Positions 1 through 12,917 of a stretch of DNA of 64,000 nucleotides are shown here, one piece after another (within the stretch, counting starts at the first letter, position 1; each line of letters begins with the position of its first letter). The notes beneath the pieces were generated by a model. It did no database searches, was not told the DNA's origin, and worked only from the letters and a program-made list of their open reading frames with translations. The DNA lies in NCBI GenBank assembly GCA_038087875.1, contig JAXLNO010000033.1, forward strand, positions 310,001 through 374,000, read 5' to 3'. A program made the position numbers and the translations under genes. The stretch comes from Malacoraja senta. Its lineage: Eukaryota.

Positions 1-759
1 TGCTGTATCAACAGATGCAGAGGCAGCATCCCTGGATAGAAGGATGGATGACACTTCGGATCGAGCCCATTCCTCAGGCTCTGCATCTTGTTCAGTCCAA
101 GGAAGGGTCTTGACCCGAGGCATCACCGATTCCTTCTATCCAGGGATGCTGCCTGTCCCGCTGAGTTGCTCCAGCTTTTTGTGTCTATCCCAGGTCTGTT
201 CACATAGCTCTTCGAATAAGTGAACGGGCGGAACACTTAATAAGTCAGGGAATCTGCGGACAGAACCAATTCAGTGAGCGAGCGACAATCCCCGTGAATT
301 AGTCGTGGTTAGCCGGATATTTTTTTAGCGGTTCGGCGGGAGATCTTTGGCAGTAAGACAATACAATGACTTTACCCTTCCACGTTCCACCGCAGCCTTC
401 AAGAACCCCATGAATGTCCAATGTCCAATTTCGCCAATCTATTTCCATTGACTCAATGGGCATAGATCAACAGCCAAAAATCCGTAGCCTCCCTTTGATC
501 TTGTATTTTGTTGGTTCACATGCTTGATCAATGGTGTTTTATCATAAATGTTTTATTATTATTAATTTTTATTGTTTTCTGAGTCATTCGTAACTGTCAC
601 TGTATGTCATGTTGTTAGTTGTGGGCGGAGCACCAAGGCAAATTCCTTGTATGTGAATACTTGGCCAATAAACTTACTTAATTACTTACTTACTTACTCT
701 TCGGAAAGACGCATGACCTCCCATTTCAGCCTAAAACTCGCGCTCCAATTTACCGAGGC

Positions 760-1020
760 TTAGTTTAGACATAAGCACAGAAACAGGCCGTTCGGCCCAC
801 CGAGTCCGCGCCGACCAGTGATCACACCGTACACAAGCGCTATACTACCCACTAGGGACACATTGCAATCTTTACCGAAGCCAAATTAACTTGCAAATCG
901 CAAGTTTTTGGTGTGTGGGAGGAGATCGGAGCTCCCGGAGAAAACTCACGCAGGTCACGGGGAGAAAGTACAAACAGGCAGAACCGGTTGTCAGGATATA
1001 ACCCGGTTCCCTGGCTGCCG
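760..1020 (-). mobile_element. tRNA-derived V-SINE/HE1-like SINE
   Basis: Reverse complement of the SINE core (ctccgggagctccg..ctcccacac) and the ctaaactaa tail. Confidence 0.7.
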
Positions 1021-1199
1021 TAATTTGATTTCGGGCATCTTGAAATACACCAGTGACAAGGTTAGGATTATTCATGGGTGGCATATTTCCGCAGACACCT
1101 CGATAACTCATTATGGATGGATTCGCATCAAATGTGACGACGTACTTGAATAGTAACGTAATATATAGGATGAATATGCAGTTTATTTGACCATGGTAT

Positions 1200-2340
1200 G
1201 TGAATGGGAAAAAAACAGAAGACATTGCTTTAAGGTGAGAGTGGAATGATTTAATAAGAACCTAAGTGGATTTTTTTTCACATAGGATCGTACGAGCTGC
1301 CAGAGGAAGTTGTTGAGGGAGGTACAATAACAACATTTAAAATACATTTTGACAGATACATGGATAAGAAATGAATAGACGGACATAGGCCAAACACAGG
1401 CAAGTGGGACTGGTTCACATGGTGTACCTTGGTTTGCATAGACGAGTGAGGCCGATGGGCTTGTTTCGTTGTCGTGTGACGCCTTGACATTTGAACCGGA
1501 TCACATTTTAACTGCATTTTATCTAAAAGGCGTGTTTGCCTCTGGAGTGACATAATGATTATACCGCAAGGCGCGGTGCTGGAGAGTGGTCACCAAAGAT
1601 CGCCTTTCTTGGTGCTCCACATTCCACTCTGGTCAATGACATAAGAATCACAATGCACAATATGCTACAGACCTGATTAGATTATAAAACAAAGAGAGAT
1701 ACGAGGACCGACACAAAATGTTGGATAATTCAGCGTGTCAGGCAGCATCTCTTGAGAAAAGAATACGTGACGTTTCGGGTCGAGACCCTTCTTCTTCGAG
1801 TCAGGGGTAGGGGAACAGGAGATGTAGACGGTATTTAAGACAAATGTATGGAAGATTTGCAGAAAACAACGATAATCAAGGCAACAGGCTCAGAAAAACA
1901 AGACGTGCCTTTAGAAGCAAGGAGCGGAGGAATATCTTTAGTCAGGGTTTAGTGACTCTGTGGAATTCATTGCCACCGTCGGCTGTGCAGCCCAAGACAA
2001 TTGATATTTTTTTAAGGCAGAGATTTACAGATTATTGATTAATACGTGTATTCGGGATTATGGGCCGAAAGCGGGAGAATTGGGTTGAATGGGCTTGAGC
2101 TCTTATGGCGAGCGCAATCAAGGGATATGGGGAGAAGGCAGAAATGGAATCGAATGTGGACGATCAGACAGGATCACATTGAATGGCGGTGTTGGCTCGA
2201 AGGGCCGAAAGACCTACTCCTGTACTTATTTTCTATGTTTCTATGAGAGAGAAAGATAGATCCGCCGTGATTCAATGGCGCAGTAGATTGATTGGATCGA
2301 ATGATCGGATTCAGATCCAAGAAAGTATGAACAGCATAGA
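1200..2340 (+). mobile_element. Cluster of CR1 3' fragments, with a Penelope-derived repeat at ~1705-1880
   Basis: FSQ..V.LWNSLP, ctattttctatgtttctatg-type tails and gaagggccgaa 3'UTR motifs. Confidence 0.6.
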
Positions 2341-2467
2341 AGACTACGGGTGAAGTGTACAGCCAGTGATAGGGATATAGGTGGGGTGGGAGGGGACCGT
2401 AGTTGGTAAGAGGGGCGGGGTAGTGGGCGAATTGAATGCTAAATGGGTGGGCTCGTGGTTGTAGCGG

Positions 2468-2666
<199 letters not shown>

Positions 2667-2915
2667 TACTTAAAATGCAGTGATCAATGTTCATACCGAT
2701 CGGTTATACGTTATCTGTTGGATCTTATGGCAAACCGATATTTGGTCCAAATGGAATCTGAAAATCCAGTCATGCGTTCATGTAGTTGGCGACGTGAACC
2801 TACCAATATATTGTTTTTTATCAGAATCACTGGCATATCGAACGGACGAGGGAACGAAGTTGGGTTAAAAGCCAAAAATCTTCTCCTTTTCACAAAAACT
2901 GTCAGATTAACTTCA

Positions 2916-3180
2916 GCGGCGCGGTGGCGCAGCGGTAGGATTGCTACTTTACAGCACAAGAGACCCGGGTTCCATCCTGACCGCTCCGTCTGGACGGAGT
3001 TTGTACTTCCCTCTGTGACCGCAAGGATTTTCTCAGGGTGCTCTGGTTTCCTCGCGGAACCCAAAAACGTGCAGGCATGTAATTTAATTGGCTTCTGTAA
3101 ATTGGGTCTCGTGTGTAGGATAGAACTACTGTGAACCGGTGATCGTTGGTCGGCGTCCCGTTTCCAGTGTATCTCTAAAC
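2916..3180 (+). mobile_element. tRNA-derived V-SINE/HE1-like SINE just upstream of the copy-1 acceptor
   Basis: A-box ggtggcgcagcgg, B-box gggttccatcc, V-type core, tail atctctaaac. Confidence 0.75.
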
Positions 3181-3241
3181 AACGCTTCCTGCAAGACCAA
3201 TAACGGGTAGTAAAGTAATTTTTATTTCCTCTTTTCTACAG

Positions 3242-4152
3242 CTAACGTGGTGGCAATCGTCATTCTCTCCCGAGGAAAGTGTGGTCTCTCCAAATGTATC
3301 ACCCGCTACCTGGTATCCATGGCCGTGGGTGATTTAATGGTTCTGATCTTCGAGGTAATTCTCTACGAAATTAAAGATGGCTATTTCCCCAATTCATTTC
3401 TGAACTTAACTCCAGTTTGTAGTGTCAACTTGACCCTGCTTTTTATGTCCATTGATTGCTCTGTCTGGCTAACGGTAACTTTCACCTTCGATCGATTTGT
3501 TGCTATTTGTTGTCAAAAGTTACGAGGAAGATATTGCACAGGTAAAACCGCGGCTTTGGTGATAGCAGTGGTTTGTTCCCTGAGTGTTATTGAAAATATA
3601 CCAATGTATTTTGTCTACGCACCACGGGAAATCATTGACAACGTGGCTTGGTCCTGTGGCGCAACCCCAGACGTCTACACCTCACCGTTATGGCTAGCAT
3701 TTTGGTCGTTCGAAACTATTTTAACCCCATTTACACCATTCCTACTGATCATACTCCTCAACGCCCTGACAATCAGACACATTATACGCGCCAACAGAGT
3801 GAGGAGCGGTCTCCGAGCGAACAAGAAGGACGAGAGCGGCGCAGATCAAGAGGTGGAGAATAGAAGGAAGTCCATCATTCTATTGCTGGCCGTATCCGGC
3901 AGTTTCATCCTACTGTGGATGGTAATATTCGTGTGCTTCATCAGTGTACGATTTATAGACGTTCAGTTTTTAGCAACAGATTACGACGACCCATTTACCG
4001 TGGCAGAACAGTCCGGATACATGCTGAGGTGTCTGAGTGCTTGCACCAACACGTTTATTTACGCCGTGTCACAGAGGAAATTCAGGGAAGAATTAAAAAA
4101 CCTGGTTAGGGGTCCATGCGGGTTCTTGTCTAATTCAATAAAGCACTTTTAA
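3242..4152 (+). CDS. GPR139/GPR142-like class A GPCR, copy 1, coding exon 2 (exon 1 presumably upstream of the window)
   Basis: Acceptor ...cttttctacag ends at 3241. Open frame (A)NVVAIVILSRGKCGLSKC...KHF* with hydrophobic TM segments, TM2 MAVGD, TM3 TFDRFVAIC, ECL2 Cys and TM7 NTFIY. Exon is 911 nt, the same as copy 2. No exon-1 homologue seen in 1-3240. Confidence 0.9.
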
Positions 4153-5519
4153 TTTCTCAGTGAAACCACAATTCCTTTCAAAGTGACGTTGTATTCGTGT
4201 TATTTTATTACATCCTATTTTCTCATCCTCCCTTTTCACCAGCTGGTCAAGGTCTTACTGTAATTCCTGATCCCATTTCTACTATATGGGTCAACACGTC
4301 GTTTAACTTCATTGTGGTTAGGCACAAGGAGCTGATAGTTCAATCTTATATTCAGCATTGTTACCAATAATGTGTCCTTCTGACCTCTTCGACACTTAAA
4401 GCCGATTTTATGGAAATTCGCTGTGTACCACATTGTACAGGTAAGAGCACTTCCCTCCAAAAATCTACCATCCTCTTTAGCCCATCTACACTAAACTTAG
4501 TTTCCCACTTTGGTGGTTCACACAATTAGCCGGTGATAGGGTCGTAAATTCATACAGCGGGAAACAGGCCCTCTAACCAACTGGTCCATGCAGACTAAGA
4601 TACTCCATCTAATATAGTTATATTCGCCTCTTTGGCCCAAATCGTCTTAAACTTTCTTATCCATTTAATTGTCCAAATGGACGGCTGCCACGGTGTACTG
4701 CTCCTTGCTGTTTTGTGTGCGTTTGTTCATTTGTGTCGTCTATGGAAATCCCACAAAGATTACTTTCATGAGAGGGGAACTCATTAACATCAGACATTCG
4801 ATTCTTCCAAACATTGTTCCGAATTTCTCTGATTCGCTGTATTATTTAGACATTCTTTTCAGCGGATGTGTGGTTGTGTCCATGGCCTTGAGACGTAGGA
4901 GGCTCTCCCTCTTTGTCTTTGGTGAACCTCTCTTTTCTCCCTGAGGATGAAGCTCATACTCTCATGGTGGAAGCATGCATTTTTATAATAATTTTATCTG
5001 TCAGAACAACAGGTATGTCAAACTATGTCAACAACAACTATGTCAAACTAGCTATATCCCTTGGTAACATGATGGCGTGGTTTGTAGAGTCAAATAGTCA
5101 TACAATGTGGAAACAGGCCCTTCGGCCCTACTGGCTCATATCAGCCAACTTGTCCCAGCTACATTAGTCCCACCTGCCTGCGTTTGGTTCATGTTCCTCC
5201 TATCCATAGTTAAGTGGCCTATCGGACACCAAGCTCGTCCCGGGTGTCTGTGGGAATGCAAAGCTTATCTTAGTGACCTCACAGGTGTCCTCGTGATCAA
5301 CTGGCCCGTTGGTTTAGCCCAAGCGTTCTTCGAAAACATCGACTTGTTCCCTGAGCCGGGTTGGAAATGCGGTGTTGCTAATTCAGCTGACCACTAGATT
5401 TTAGCTCACATTCTTTTGTTTACCTTTACTTTACTTTACAGCCAGGCAGAATCTCTGCAGAAAAAAAGATGGGTCACATATCACTTTGGGACTCTTCCTC
5501 AGCGACCTGAACCGGCACC

Positions 5520-5905
5520 AATTCACTGGAATTTAGCAGGATGAAAGGCAATCTTATATACAATTCTTAAGGGACTGAACAGGCTAGAAGTAGGGAAAAT
5601 AGTCCCGATGTTGGGGAAGTCTAGAACCAAGGGGTCACAGAATTTGGACTGAGATGAGGAAAAACCTTTTCATCCAGAGTGGCATGAATCTGTGGAATTC
5701 TCTGCTACAGTAGAGGTCAATCCATTGGATGTTTTCAAGAGAGAGTTAGATTTAGCTCTTAGGGCAAAAAGAACCGATGGATATGGGAGAAAAGCATGAA
5801 TATGGTACTGATTTTGTAAGATCAGCCTTGATCATAATGAATGGCAGTGGTAGCTAGAAGGGCCGAATGGTCTACTCCTGTAGCTATTTTCTATGTTTTC
5901 TGTTT
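5520..5905 (+). mobile_element. CR1 3' fragment
   Basis: Matches the 3' end of the 42262-45452 element, including the tail. Confidence 0.7.
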
Positions 5906-7609
5906 TCTCCAGAGATGGGGCTGGTTTCTGTGCTGTTCCTGTGCGGCTGAAGAAGCTGGCAGCTCATTCCATGCGCTTGGAGTGATTCTGGTTTTTCGAG
6001 TTGTATGAGGCGCCGGGGTTAGGGAGCCTCAGCAAAGGCCGTGTGAAGCGAGGGAATAGCGATTTTACGGATCGCTGGGTCTAGATTAAGGTGTCAGTGG
6101 AGTGGCAACCTGAGGCCCCGCAGCTACCTGGGGCTCGTTTGGACATCGCTCAAAGTGGCTAAGTACGCAGACGGGGCCTGCAGCGGCACGGAGCGGAATG
6201 TAGCGGAACGACATAAACAGCATTACCAGACCAGGCCAACCCCTACAACTCAGACGCAGTGCCACCACCAGGACAATGGACCACGTTAACTCTCAGACAT
6301 TTCTTCCATTTCTGAACTTCAAGGGAACAGTGGTGCTGGTAACGTGGGGACACTTGTCTATTGCCTCAGTATAATCTACTATTGCTTATCCATTTTACGT
6401 ATGTATAATCGTGCCAATGTGTAGTGGGATTGTTACTGAACTCCAAGCAAAAAGGGAATTTCACTGACCCGAGGAACATGTGACATTAAAGTGCCATTGT
6501 ACGGAAATTTCTATGTTCTAAGTTATTTATCAACAGAGGGGGGAATAAGTTGAGCAATGATAATTGGAATTTAATCCTGATATGAACCTGGTGATGTACT
6601 TTGTAAGAACTAATAAGGAAGCGACATACACAGTCATTTATGATGCCTTTTGGGGTAATGCAGGGAAGTATTGGCGTATAAATCCATGGAACGTGGAAGT
6701 AGCAACCACAAGGTGGTAAAGGTGGCATGTCAGTCTTGGAGCGCAGGATGATGAGGATGGTCTTATAGAGGTGTACAAGATCATGAGAGGAATGGATCAG
6801 GTCAACGCACAGAATACCAAATACCAGAGGACATAGGTTTAAGATCAAGGGGAGGGTTTGATTTAATAAGACCTAAGGGGTAGCTTTTTGTAGACTAAGA
6901 GCGGTGGGTGTATGAAAAGAGTTGCCGGAGGAGGTCGTTGAGGAAGGTGGTATCACAATGTTTAAAGACATTATGACAGGCACGTGGATAGGACAAGTTG
7001 ATAGGGATATGGGCCAAATGCAGGCAGGTGGGACTAGCGCAGATAGGACATTTTGGTTGGTGTGGCCAGATTGGGCAGGAAGACCTGTTTCCACGGTATA
7101 TGAATCTATGAGATACTTGCCAACAGTGGCTGCAGCATGGAACATGATTCACTGATGGTATAGTGCAACATCATAAAATACTGAGTTTGAAGAAGGGTCT
7201 CGACCAGAAACTTAACCCATTCGTCTATCCAGAGATGCTGCCTGTTCTGCCGAGTTACTCCAGCGTTTTGTATCTATCTTCGGTGTATACCAGCATCCGC
7301 AGTTCCTTCCAACACATTCATAAAACACTTAGTTCACAGCTGGAGTTGAGTGCACAGTTCTGGTTATCAAACCATAGAAAGTACATTAATGCAAATTACT
7401 GGATGTACGGATTACTCAACAGCGTATGTGATGGATCAGGAGGTGAGACTAAATTGGCTTAGATACCTGAAGACGCTTAGGTGGAATCTGGTCGATCTTC
7501 GCAACATCTTGATGGGTGTTGATGGTGTAAGACTGGATAATGAGGGTAAAATAGTTCCCGTCCCAATATTCACTCACAATCCAAACCAAGTCGTGTGTCG
7601 TGTTTAATA

Positions 7610-7960
7610 GTGACTTTAATGATGGATGCGCTTGATTTCGAGTTGGTTCAGTCACCTACCGCATTCCTGTACAGACATGCCGAACATTTGTACTCAGTCC
7701 CCCTTGGCCTACTCGATCTCCCGTTGCCAAACACTTTAACTCCCTCTCCCATTTCTATACTGACCTTTCTATCATGGGCTTATTCCACTGTCAGAGAAAG
7801 GTCAACTGCAAATTAGGGGAACAGCACCTTATATTTTGCTTGGGAAGCTTACAACCCAGTGGTATGAATACTCAGTTCTCTAACTTCAAGTAACACTTGC
7901 ATCCCATCTCTCTCCGCCCCTACCCCACCCAAGCCGTCAAACCAGTTTCACAGTTGTCCT
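7610..7960 (+). mobile_element. Penelope-like GIY-YIG 3' fragment
   Basis: AEHL.SV..DLP...LGEQHLIFCLGSLQPSGMN; matches the reverse complement of 32120-32350. Confidence 0.65.
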
Positions 7961-8008
7961 ATTGACCTTCACGATTTGTATCCATTCGTTGTCAACTTCT
8001 GCAAGCCA

Positions 8009-8032
8009 ACAATAATAATAATAATAATAATA
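8009..8032. repeat. (AAT)n, probably the tail of an antisense LINE 3' end
   Basis: aataataat run followed by actttatttatagagcactt. Confidence 0.7.
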
Positions 8033-8444
8033 ACTTTATTTATAGAGCACTTTAAAAACAACCACAGTTGCAACAAAGTGCTGTACATGACTAATCATGG
8101 ACAAGAAATGATTACATAACAATAAAAACATTAAACGAAAGAGTAAAAACAATGAAATTAAAAACATTAAAAGCACTGTAAACAGGAGCAAAGTCTCAAG
8201 CAGTGTCAAAAGCCAAGGAATATAAATGTGTTTTAATACTGGTTTTGAAGACGTTACTGCAGCATTTTGTATCTATCTTCGGTGTATACCAGCATCCGCA
8301 GTTCCTTCCAACACAATCATTAAACACTTAGTTCACATCTGGAGTTGAGTGCACAGTTCTGGTGACCATTGTGGGCTCCAACGTTCTCCACAATCATCGC
8401 TTCTATGGATACAGTGGCCAACCCTTGGTGAATAACTTAAAGTT

Positions 8445-8741
8445 GGGCAATGGTAGAGTTGCTTCCTTAGAGCGTTTACATCGCCAGGGACCTGGGTTCG
8501 ATCCCGACTACGGGTGCTATATGTAGGGAGTTTGTAGGTTCTCTCCGTGACCGCTGGGTTTTCTCCGAGATCTTCGGTTTCCTCCAACATTCCATGGACG
8601 TTCAAGTTTGCGGGTTAATTGGCTTTGTACAAGTGTAAATTGTTCCTAATGTGGAGTAATAACGATAGTCCAGGAATCGCTAGTCGGTGCGGACTCGGTG
8701 GGCCAATGGGCCAGTTTCCCCGCTTTATCTCTAAACTAAAT
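8445..8741 (+). mobile_element. V-SINE/HE1-like SINE
   Basis: B-box gggttcgatccc, core, tail tctctaaactaaa. Confidence 0.75.
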
Positions 8742-9399
8742 GTAAGCATTGTTTGTCTCAATTCACACCCAGTAACCAGGGCTACAGAGAAAGAACACTC
8801 CGCACACTAGTTCAACCCTACGTTTGAACAAAGCATGGCCTCACTCCGTAGAAGGCAATCCTAGATGCAAGATTCAAGGTTCAATTTAATTGTCACATGT
8901 ACCAATGAAGGTACAGTGAAATTTGAGTTACGATGCAGCCATACTAAGTGCATAAACAAAACAATATACAATTCAGCCACATAAAATAACATTTAACATA
9001 AACATCCACCACAGCGGAATCCACATTCCTCACTATGATAGGAAGCAATACAGTTCAGTCATCTTCCTCCATTGTTCGCCCGTGGACGGAACCCACCGCT
9101 CGACCCGCTGTCGACGGTCCGCTGTCAAGCCCTCTCGTTGGGATGATCGTAACTCCGGCATCGGGAAGGATCGGAACACTCTGCGGCATGGATCACCGGA
9201 GGCGGCCTCTTCTTACCGGAGACCGTTGCTTCACGGTGTGAAAGTGCACAGGCCCCGCGGTCGGAGCTCCTTCACTAGCGATCTTCGGCAAAATGTCCCA
9301 GGCTCCGTGGTTACGTGGATCTCGGAGAAGCAGGAATCAAAGTGAAGCAGGGAGAAGATCGTATTGGCTGAAACCCGTGGGAAAGGTGTCAGAGGTGAG

Positions 9400-12050
9400 T
9401 CAGAGGGGATAAACAGTTTAATTTGATTTGTAAATTGGCAAATTAGGCACTTTATCAGCCAATATAAGGCTTCTCAAGGGGAGCGGCCGTGAGGGAGCGA
9501 CAGTGAGGGAAGTGCCTTGTGGGGGATGTGTGAGTCTTTGGCTCGACAGTCTTCGGCGAGGAGGCTGAGGAGAGGAGACTACGCAAAAAGCTGGAGAGGA
9601 AGGGACGCGGTGAACACATGACTGGTAAGATGAGACAGTATGATGCTTGCAGGATGTGGGAGCCCAGGGACACGGATTGAGCCTCTGGCTGCTACAACTG
9701 TGGCAAATGCGTCCAGGTTCAGCGCATAAAGGACCGTGTTTGGGCACTGGAGAAGCAGCTGGATGACCTCAGGGTCATTCGTAAAAAATAGCGTTTCCTG
9801 GACAGGACCAACAGTGAGGTGGTCACGCCAACAATACGAGAAGAACTAAGGTGTGCGACTGAGAGAATGGGTGGCAACCGTGGAGTGCAGGATACCCAGC
9901 TGGCTGTGCCTTATGAAAACAGGTACGCCCTCTTGAGAACTGTCGGAGGAGACGACGCTTCCAGTCCGAGCGGCGAACACGTCGGTGGCTCCAATCCTAG
10001 AAATGGGACTCGACCGGCGAGACCGACGTCGGGCAGAGACCGTAGTGGTGGGTGATTCCATTGTCCGAGTAGTGGACAGGGGATTCTGTGGGGCAGACGA
10101 GACGCAAGGATGGTCTGTTGCCTGCCTGATGCCAGGGTTCAAGATGTCACGAGCCAAATTCAGAGCATCCTCGAGAGAGAAAGTGAACAGCCAGCAGTAG
10201 TTCTGCACGTAGGCACAAAGGACATCGGGAAGAAGAGGAAGGAGGTTCTGCAACGCGAGTTCAGAGAGTTAGGAAGTAGACTGAAAAGCAGGGCTTTAGG
10301 GTGGTTATCTCTGGATTGCTTCCAGTACCTCGTGCTAATGAGGACAGGGGATTTGCATGTGTGGCTGAGGGACTGGTGAAGGGAGCAAGGATTTAGATTT
10401 ATAGACCTCTTCTGTGGTAGGGGTGACCTCTACAAGAGTGACGAGTTACCACTTAACTGGAGGGCGACCGACATTCTGGTAGGCAGGTTTGCTAGTACTA
10501 CACGTGTGGGGAGAGGGATTGACATATTGGGAGTATGGACTTGAAGGGGAAGTGAGTACAGGAAAAGTTACAAAAGACTCTCGAATTAATGGCAAGGAAA
10601 GTTTGAGAAGAGATAAGAGAGTAAGGTCAGGGCCAATTGCGAGCATTGCGAGAGGGGGGTGAATACCGAGGACAAAGTGTTGTATATGAATGCACGAAGT
10701 ATAAGAAATAAAGTGGATGAGCTTGAGGCTCAGTTATAAATTGGCAAGTATGATGTTGTGGGAATTAGAGAGACATAGCTGCAAGAGGACCAGGGCTGGT
10801 AACTGAACATTCAAGGTTATACTTCCTATCGAAAAGACAGACAGGTGTGCAGAGGGGGTGGGTGGCTCTGTTGGTGAGAAATGATATTCAGTCCCTTGAA
10901 AGGGGTGACATTGAAACAGGAGATGTGGGGTCAGTATGGATAAAACAAAGGAATTGCAAGAGTAAAATATCCGAATGGGGGTTATCTACAGGCCCCCAGA
11001 CAGCAGCCTGGATATAGGGTACAAGTTGAATCAAGTTAAAATTGGCATGTAGTAAAGGTAATGCTGTGGTTGTTATGGGAGATTTCATCATGCAAGTATA
11101 CTGGGAAAATCAGGTTGATACTGGACCCCAAGAAAGGGAGTTTGTGGAGTGCCTCCGTGATGTATTCATACAGCATCTTGTATTGGAGCCGACAAAGGAG
11201 AAGGCCATTCTGGATCTTGTGTTATGTAATGAACCGGATTTGATAAAGGGAACTTGAGGTTAAGGAGCCATTAGGAGGTAGTGACCATAATATGGTCAAG
11301 TTTAATCTACATTTGGAGAGGGAGAAGGGTAAATCGAAGGTGTCAGTGTTACAATTGACTAAAGGACACTATAGAGGGAGGAGCTGGCCAAAGTTGACTG
11401 GAAAGCTACCGTAGCAGGGATAACAGTGGAACAACAATGGCAGGTATTTCTGGGAATAATACAGACGGTGCAGGATCGGTTCAGTCCAAAGAAGAAGAAA
11501 GATTCCAAGGGAAGTAAGGGGTGACCGTGGCTGACAAGGGACGTTAAGGACAGTATACAAATAAAAGAGAAGAAGTACAACGCAGCAAAGATGAGCGGGT
11601 AGCAAGAGGATTGGGTAATGTTTAAAGAGCAACAGAGATAATTTAAAAGGCAATACGGGGAGAAAAGATGAGTTACGAAGGTAAGCTATCCAAGAATATA
11701 ACGGAGGATCGTAAAAGCTTCTTAAGGTATGTGAAGAGGAAAAATAAGTTAAGGCCAAAGTTGTACCCTTGAAGACTGAAAATGGTGAATTTATTATGGG
11801 GAACAAGGAAATGGCAGATGAGTTGAGCAGGTACTTTGGATCCGTCTTCACTAAGGAGGACACAAACAATCTACCTGATGTACTAGTGGCCAGCGAATCT
11901 GGGGTGACGGAAGAACTGAAGGAGATTCACATTAGGCAGGAAATGGTGTTGGGTAGACTGATGGGACTGAGGGCTTATAAATCAACATGGCCTGATGGAT
12001 ACTTAAGGAAGTGGCTCTAGAAATCGTGGACGCATTGATCATTTTCCAAT
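9400..12050 (+). mobile_element. CR1-clade LINE, 5' half (decayed ORF1 with Cys motif and SGNH esterase; ORF2 endonuclease), truncated at the LTR element
   Basis: ORF1 motifs CRMWE, VVGDSIVR and VLHVGT. ORF2 motifs YMNARSIRNK, VVMGDF, ILDLVLCNE, GSDH and YFGSVFTKED. Ends at ...IIFQ immediately before the LTR. Confidence 0.85.
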
Positions 12051-12618
12051 TGTTAGGCGCTTCCCCCCCCCTGGTGAATGCTATGTACTTACCTTTCTCT
12101 GTATCTCTCCCGAGTGCAGGCCTTGTGGCTGTGAGTCTGGAATCAAGGGGTTAAAAGGCTCCTATACCCGATTGGCCAAGCTGCGTCAAGTGACGGGTGA
12201 CTCATCTGAAGCTTAAATACCAGAGACTCCCAGGATTCTCTCTCTTCTTCGTCGACCCTGACTTGGGAGCTGACTGCTGGAGTGAGCTGCGGAAGGCCTG
12301 GCCACATGGCATAGAACTTTGTGTACTTTCACCATTACTTATTAACGAATAAGGGCTGACCTTAGAGTTTTCGTGTATTTTGTTTCAGGGTTATATCTCT
12401 TTAGGCAGGTTTTAGAGTCTCCGGTTCGACGGTCCATCACGTGGCTGGCTGGAGCACTGTTAAATTGTTTGTTAGTCCATCCATATCCCTGACTGGGTTG
12501 TTTGAATCAGGTTTGGGTTTTGTGTTCCATTGAATAATTAAAACTATTTTTGAACTTGAACCTGTTTTTTGAATTATGTTGCGCGGCTCTGAAGTACCTG
12601 CATTCGGGAGTCGTAACA
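12051..12618 (+). repeat. 5' LTR (568 bp, TGTTA...TAACA)
   Basis: Direct repeat of 21921-22467, with terminal inverted TGTTA/TAACA. Confidence 0.92.
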
Positions 12619-12621
12619 CAA

Positions 12622-12634
12622 TGGGGGCTCGTCC
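12622..12634 (+). promoter_or_regulatory. Primer-binding site complementary to the tRNA-Pro 3' end
   Basis: TGGGGGCTCGTCC 3 nt after the LTR; matches the first 13 nt of the MLV-type Pro PBS. Confidence 0.85.
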
Positions 12635-12782
12635 TAAGTTTTGAGGACCCTAGACGTTTGGGGGGGGGTTTGGTAGGCTTTTGCTTACTAAGGAAGTCTG
12701 TGTTGTGAGGGAAATTTTTCTTCCCTGTTTGTGGTAGCATTGGTGCCCACGGTTTAGCTGGTGGTTTGGTGCTACATTTGAT

Positions 12783-12917
12783 ATGGAGTTTAAAGGGAAG
12801 GACTTTATTGAGGCTCCTAGTCGGGAGTTGTTTGATAGATGTACGAAGGAGCATTTGATTTTTCTGGCTGGGAACTATGAAGTGACTATTAACCCACATT
12901 CAAGGAAACAGTCCATT
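12783..12917 (+). pseudogene. gag: Gmr1 gag N-terminus (interrupted by DIRS)
   Basis: MEFKGKDFIEAPSRELFDRCTKEHL...RKQSI rejoins in frame at 17323 once the DIRS is removed. Confidence 0.75.

Noticed and set aside
2916..2990. tRNA gene
   Set aside because: The A and B boxes are the head of a SINE, followed by SINE core and tail; no complete cloverleaf seen.
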